Below are positions 63,601-64,000 of a DNA stretch of 64,000 nucleotides, piece by piece. The stretch lies in NCBI GenBank assembly GCA_037447605.1, contig CM074805.1, forward strand, positions 1,087,361 through 1,151,360, in the 5' to 3' direction. Made by a program: the position numbers and the translations under genes. The notes beneath the pieces are model-generated. The model saw nothing but the letters and a program-made list of their open reading frames with translations. It did not search any database and had not been told where the DNA came from. The stretch is from Zygnema circumcarinatum SAG 698-1b. Its lineage: Eukaryota > Plantae > Zygnematophyceae. Numbering within the stretch: the first letter of the stretch is position 1; every line of letters starts with the position of its first letter.

Positions 63601-64000
63601 CGCCTACTTTGCCGAATCAAGAACCAAATGCGTCAGGTGTGGCATCACATCCCAGGTGCTGTCCTTAGGACAAGTTGCCCTTTTGGGTTACCTTGAATCT
63701 CAAAGATCCGAAATGATCATGCCTGTTCAATGACGTCGGTTCCCCTGGATTGTGTACAGATTAACGATATTAATTCATCTCAGAAAGGTTCATTAAATTC
63801 CTCAGAAACAGGAGGTTCTGATAGGCCTACGAGGAAAGCGTCCATTGGCATCATGCCGGACTTCAACAGAAGTTATCCAAGGCCCCAGCAAGTACAGAAT
63901 ACGCCTCAAGCCACAGCGACACAGGCTGTCAATTTGGGTTACCCAGTGCCAAAAACACGCAATGCTAAAGCTGGAACAAATACCGATGTGGAAAACGGCA
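60655..64000 (+). CDS. SYCP2/Red1/ASY3-family meiotic chromosome axis protein (ARM-like + PH/Spt16M-like + closure motif); 3' end beyond the window
   Basis: Eleven in-phase GT-AG exons give ...LLPGAGDYLIQATIFEILYRVSRKTPQLVEDMFQDGPVKAALRSLHKQKKPDLLEEIRNLVILLNESQGPLRSVYSFLL...EKWVDFTSG...HVSFY... This parallels recalled SYCP2 segments (DAGDYDLQVGITEALCRM...RVFTFP...FWIDFN...LSFY). It is followed by TRKASIGIMPD, resembling the ASY3 N-terminal SRKISIGVMAD. Confidence 0.82.

Overview
Intron-rich eukaryotic nuclear DNA, most likely from a streptophyte (charophyte-grade) green alga. This is inferred from the plant-type gene set and compact, mostly GT-AG introns; the species cannot be named. Gene models were spliced by hand from the sequence, and protein assignments rest on recalled family motifs, not database searches. 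Gene order: (1) divergent WRKY factor on -, running off the left end; (2) complete ~26 kb BIG/UBR4 gene on -; (3) head-to-head SYTF/NTMC2T3-like SMP+C2 protein on +; (4) CTPA3-like C-terminal processing peptidase on +; (5) a candidate small gene on - and a compound CATC microsatellite; (6) a family I pyrophosphatase-fold protein with most catalytic residues replaced and a long tail carrying four LxRxxS/T repeats, on +; (7) AP-4 mu subunit on +; (8) a telobox-Myb (TRFL/TRP1-like) telomere-binding protein with an N-terminal coiled coil, on -; (9) head-to-head with it, a SYCP2/Red1/ASY3-family meiotic axis gene on +, truncated by the right end. That gene keeps the ARM+PH N-terminal module and follows it with an ASY3-like closure motif. 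Genes 8 and 9 are split into short exons and are barely visible in the ORF track. The best candidates for undescribed biology are the telomere-binder/meiotic-axis divergent pair, the 'full-length' ASY3, and the pseudo-pyrophosphatase. No rRNA, tRNA, CRISPR array or clear transposon was found.
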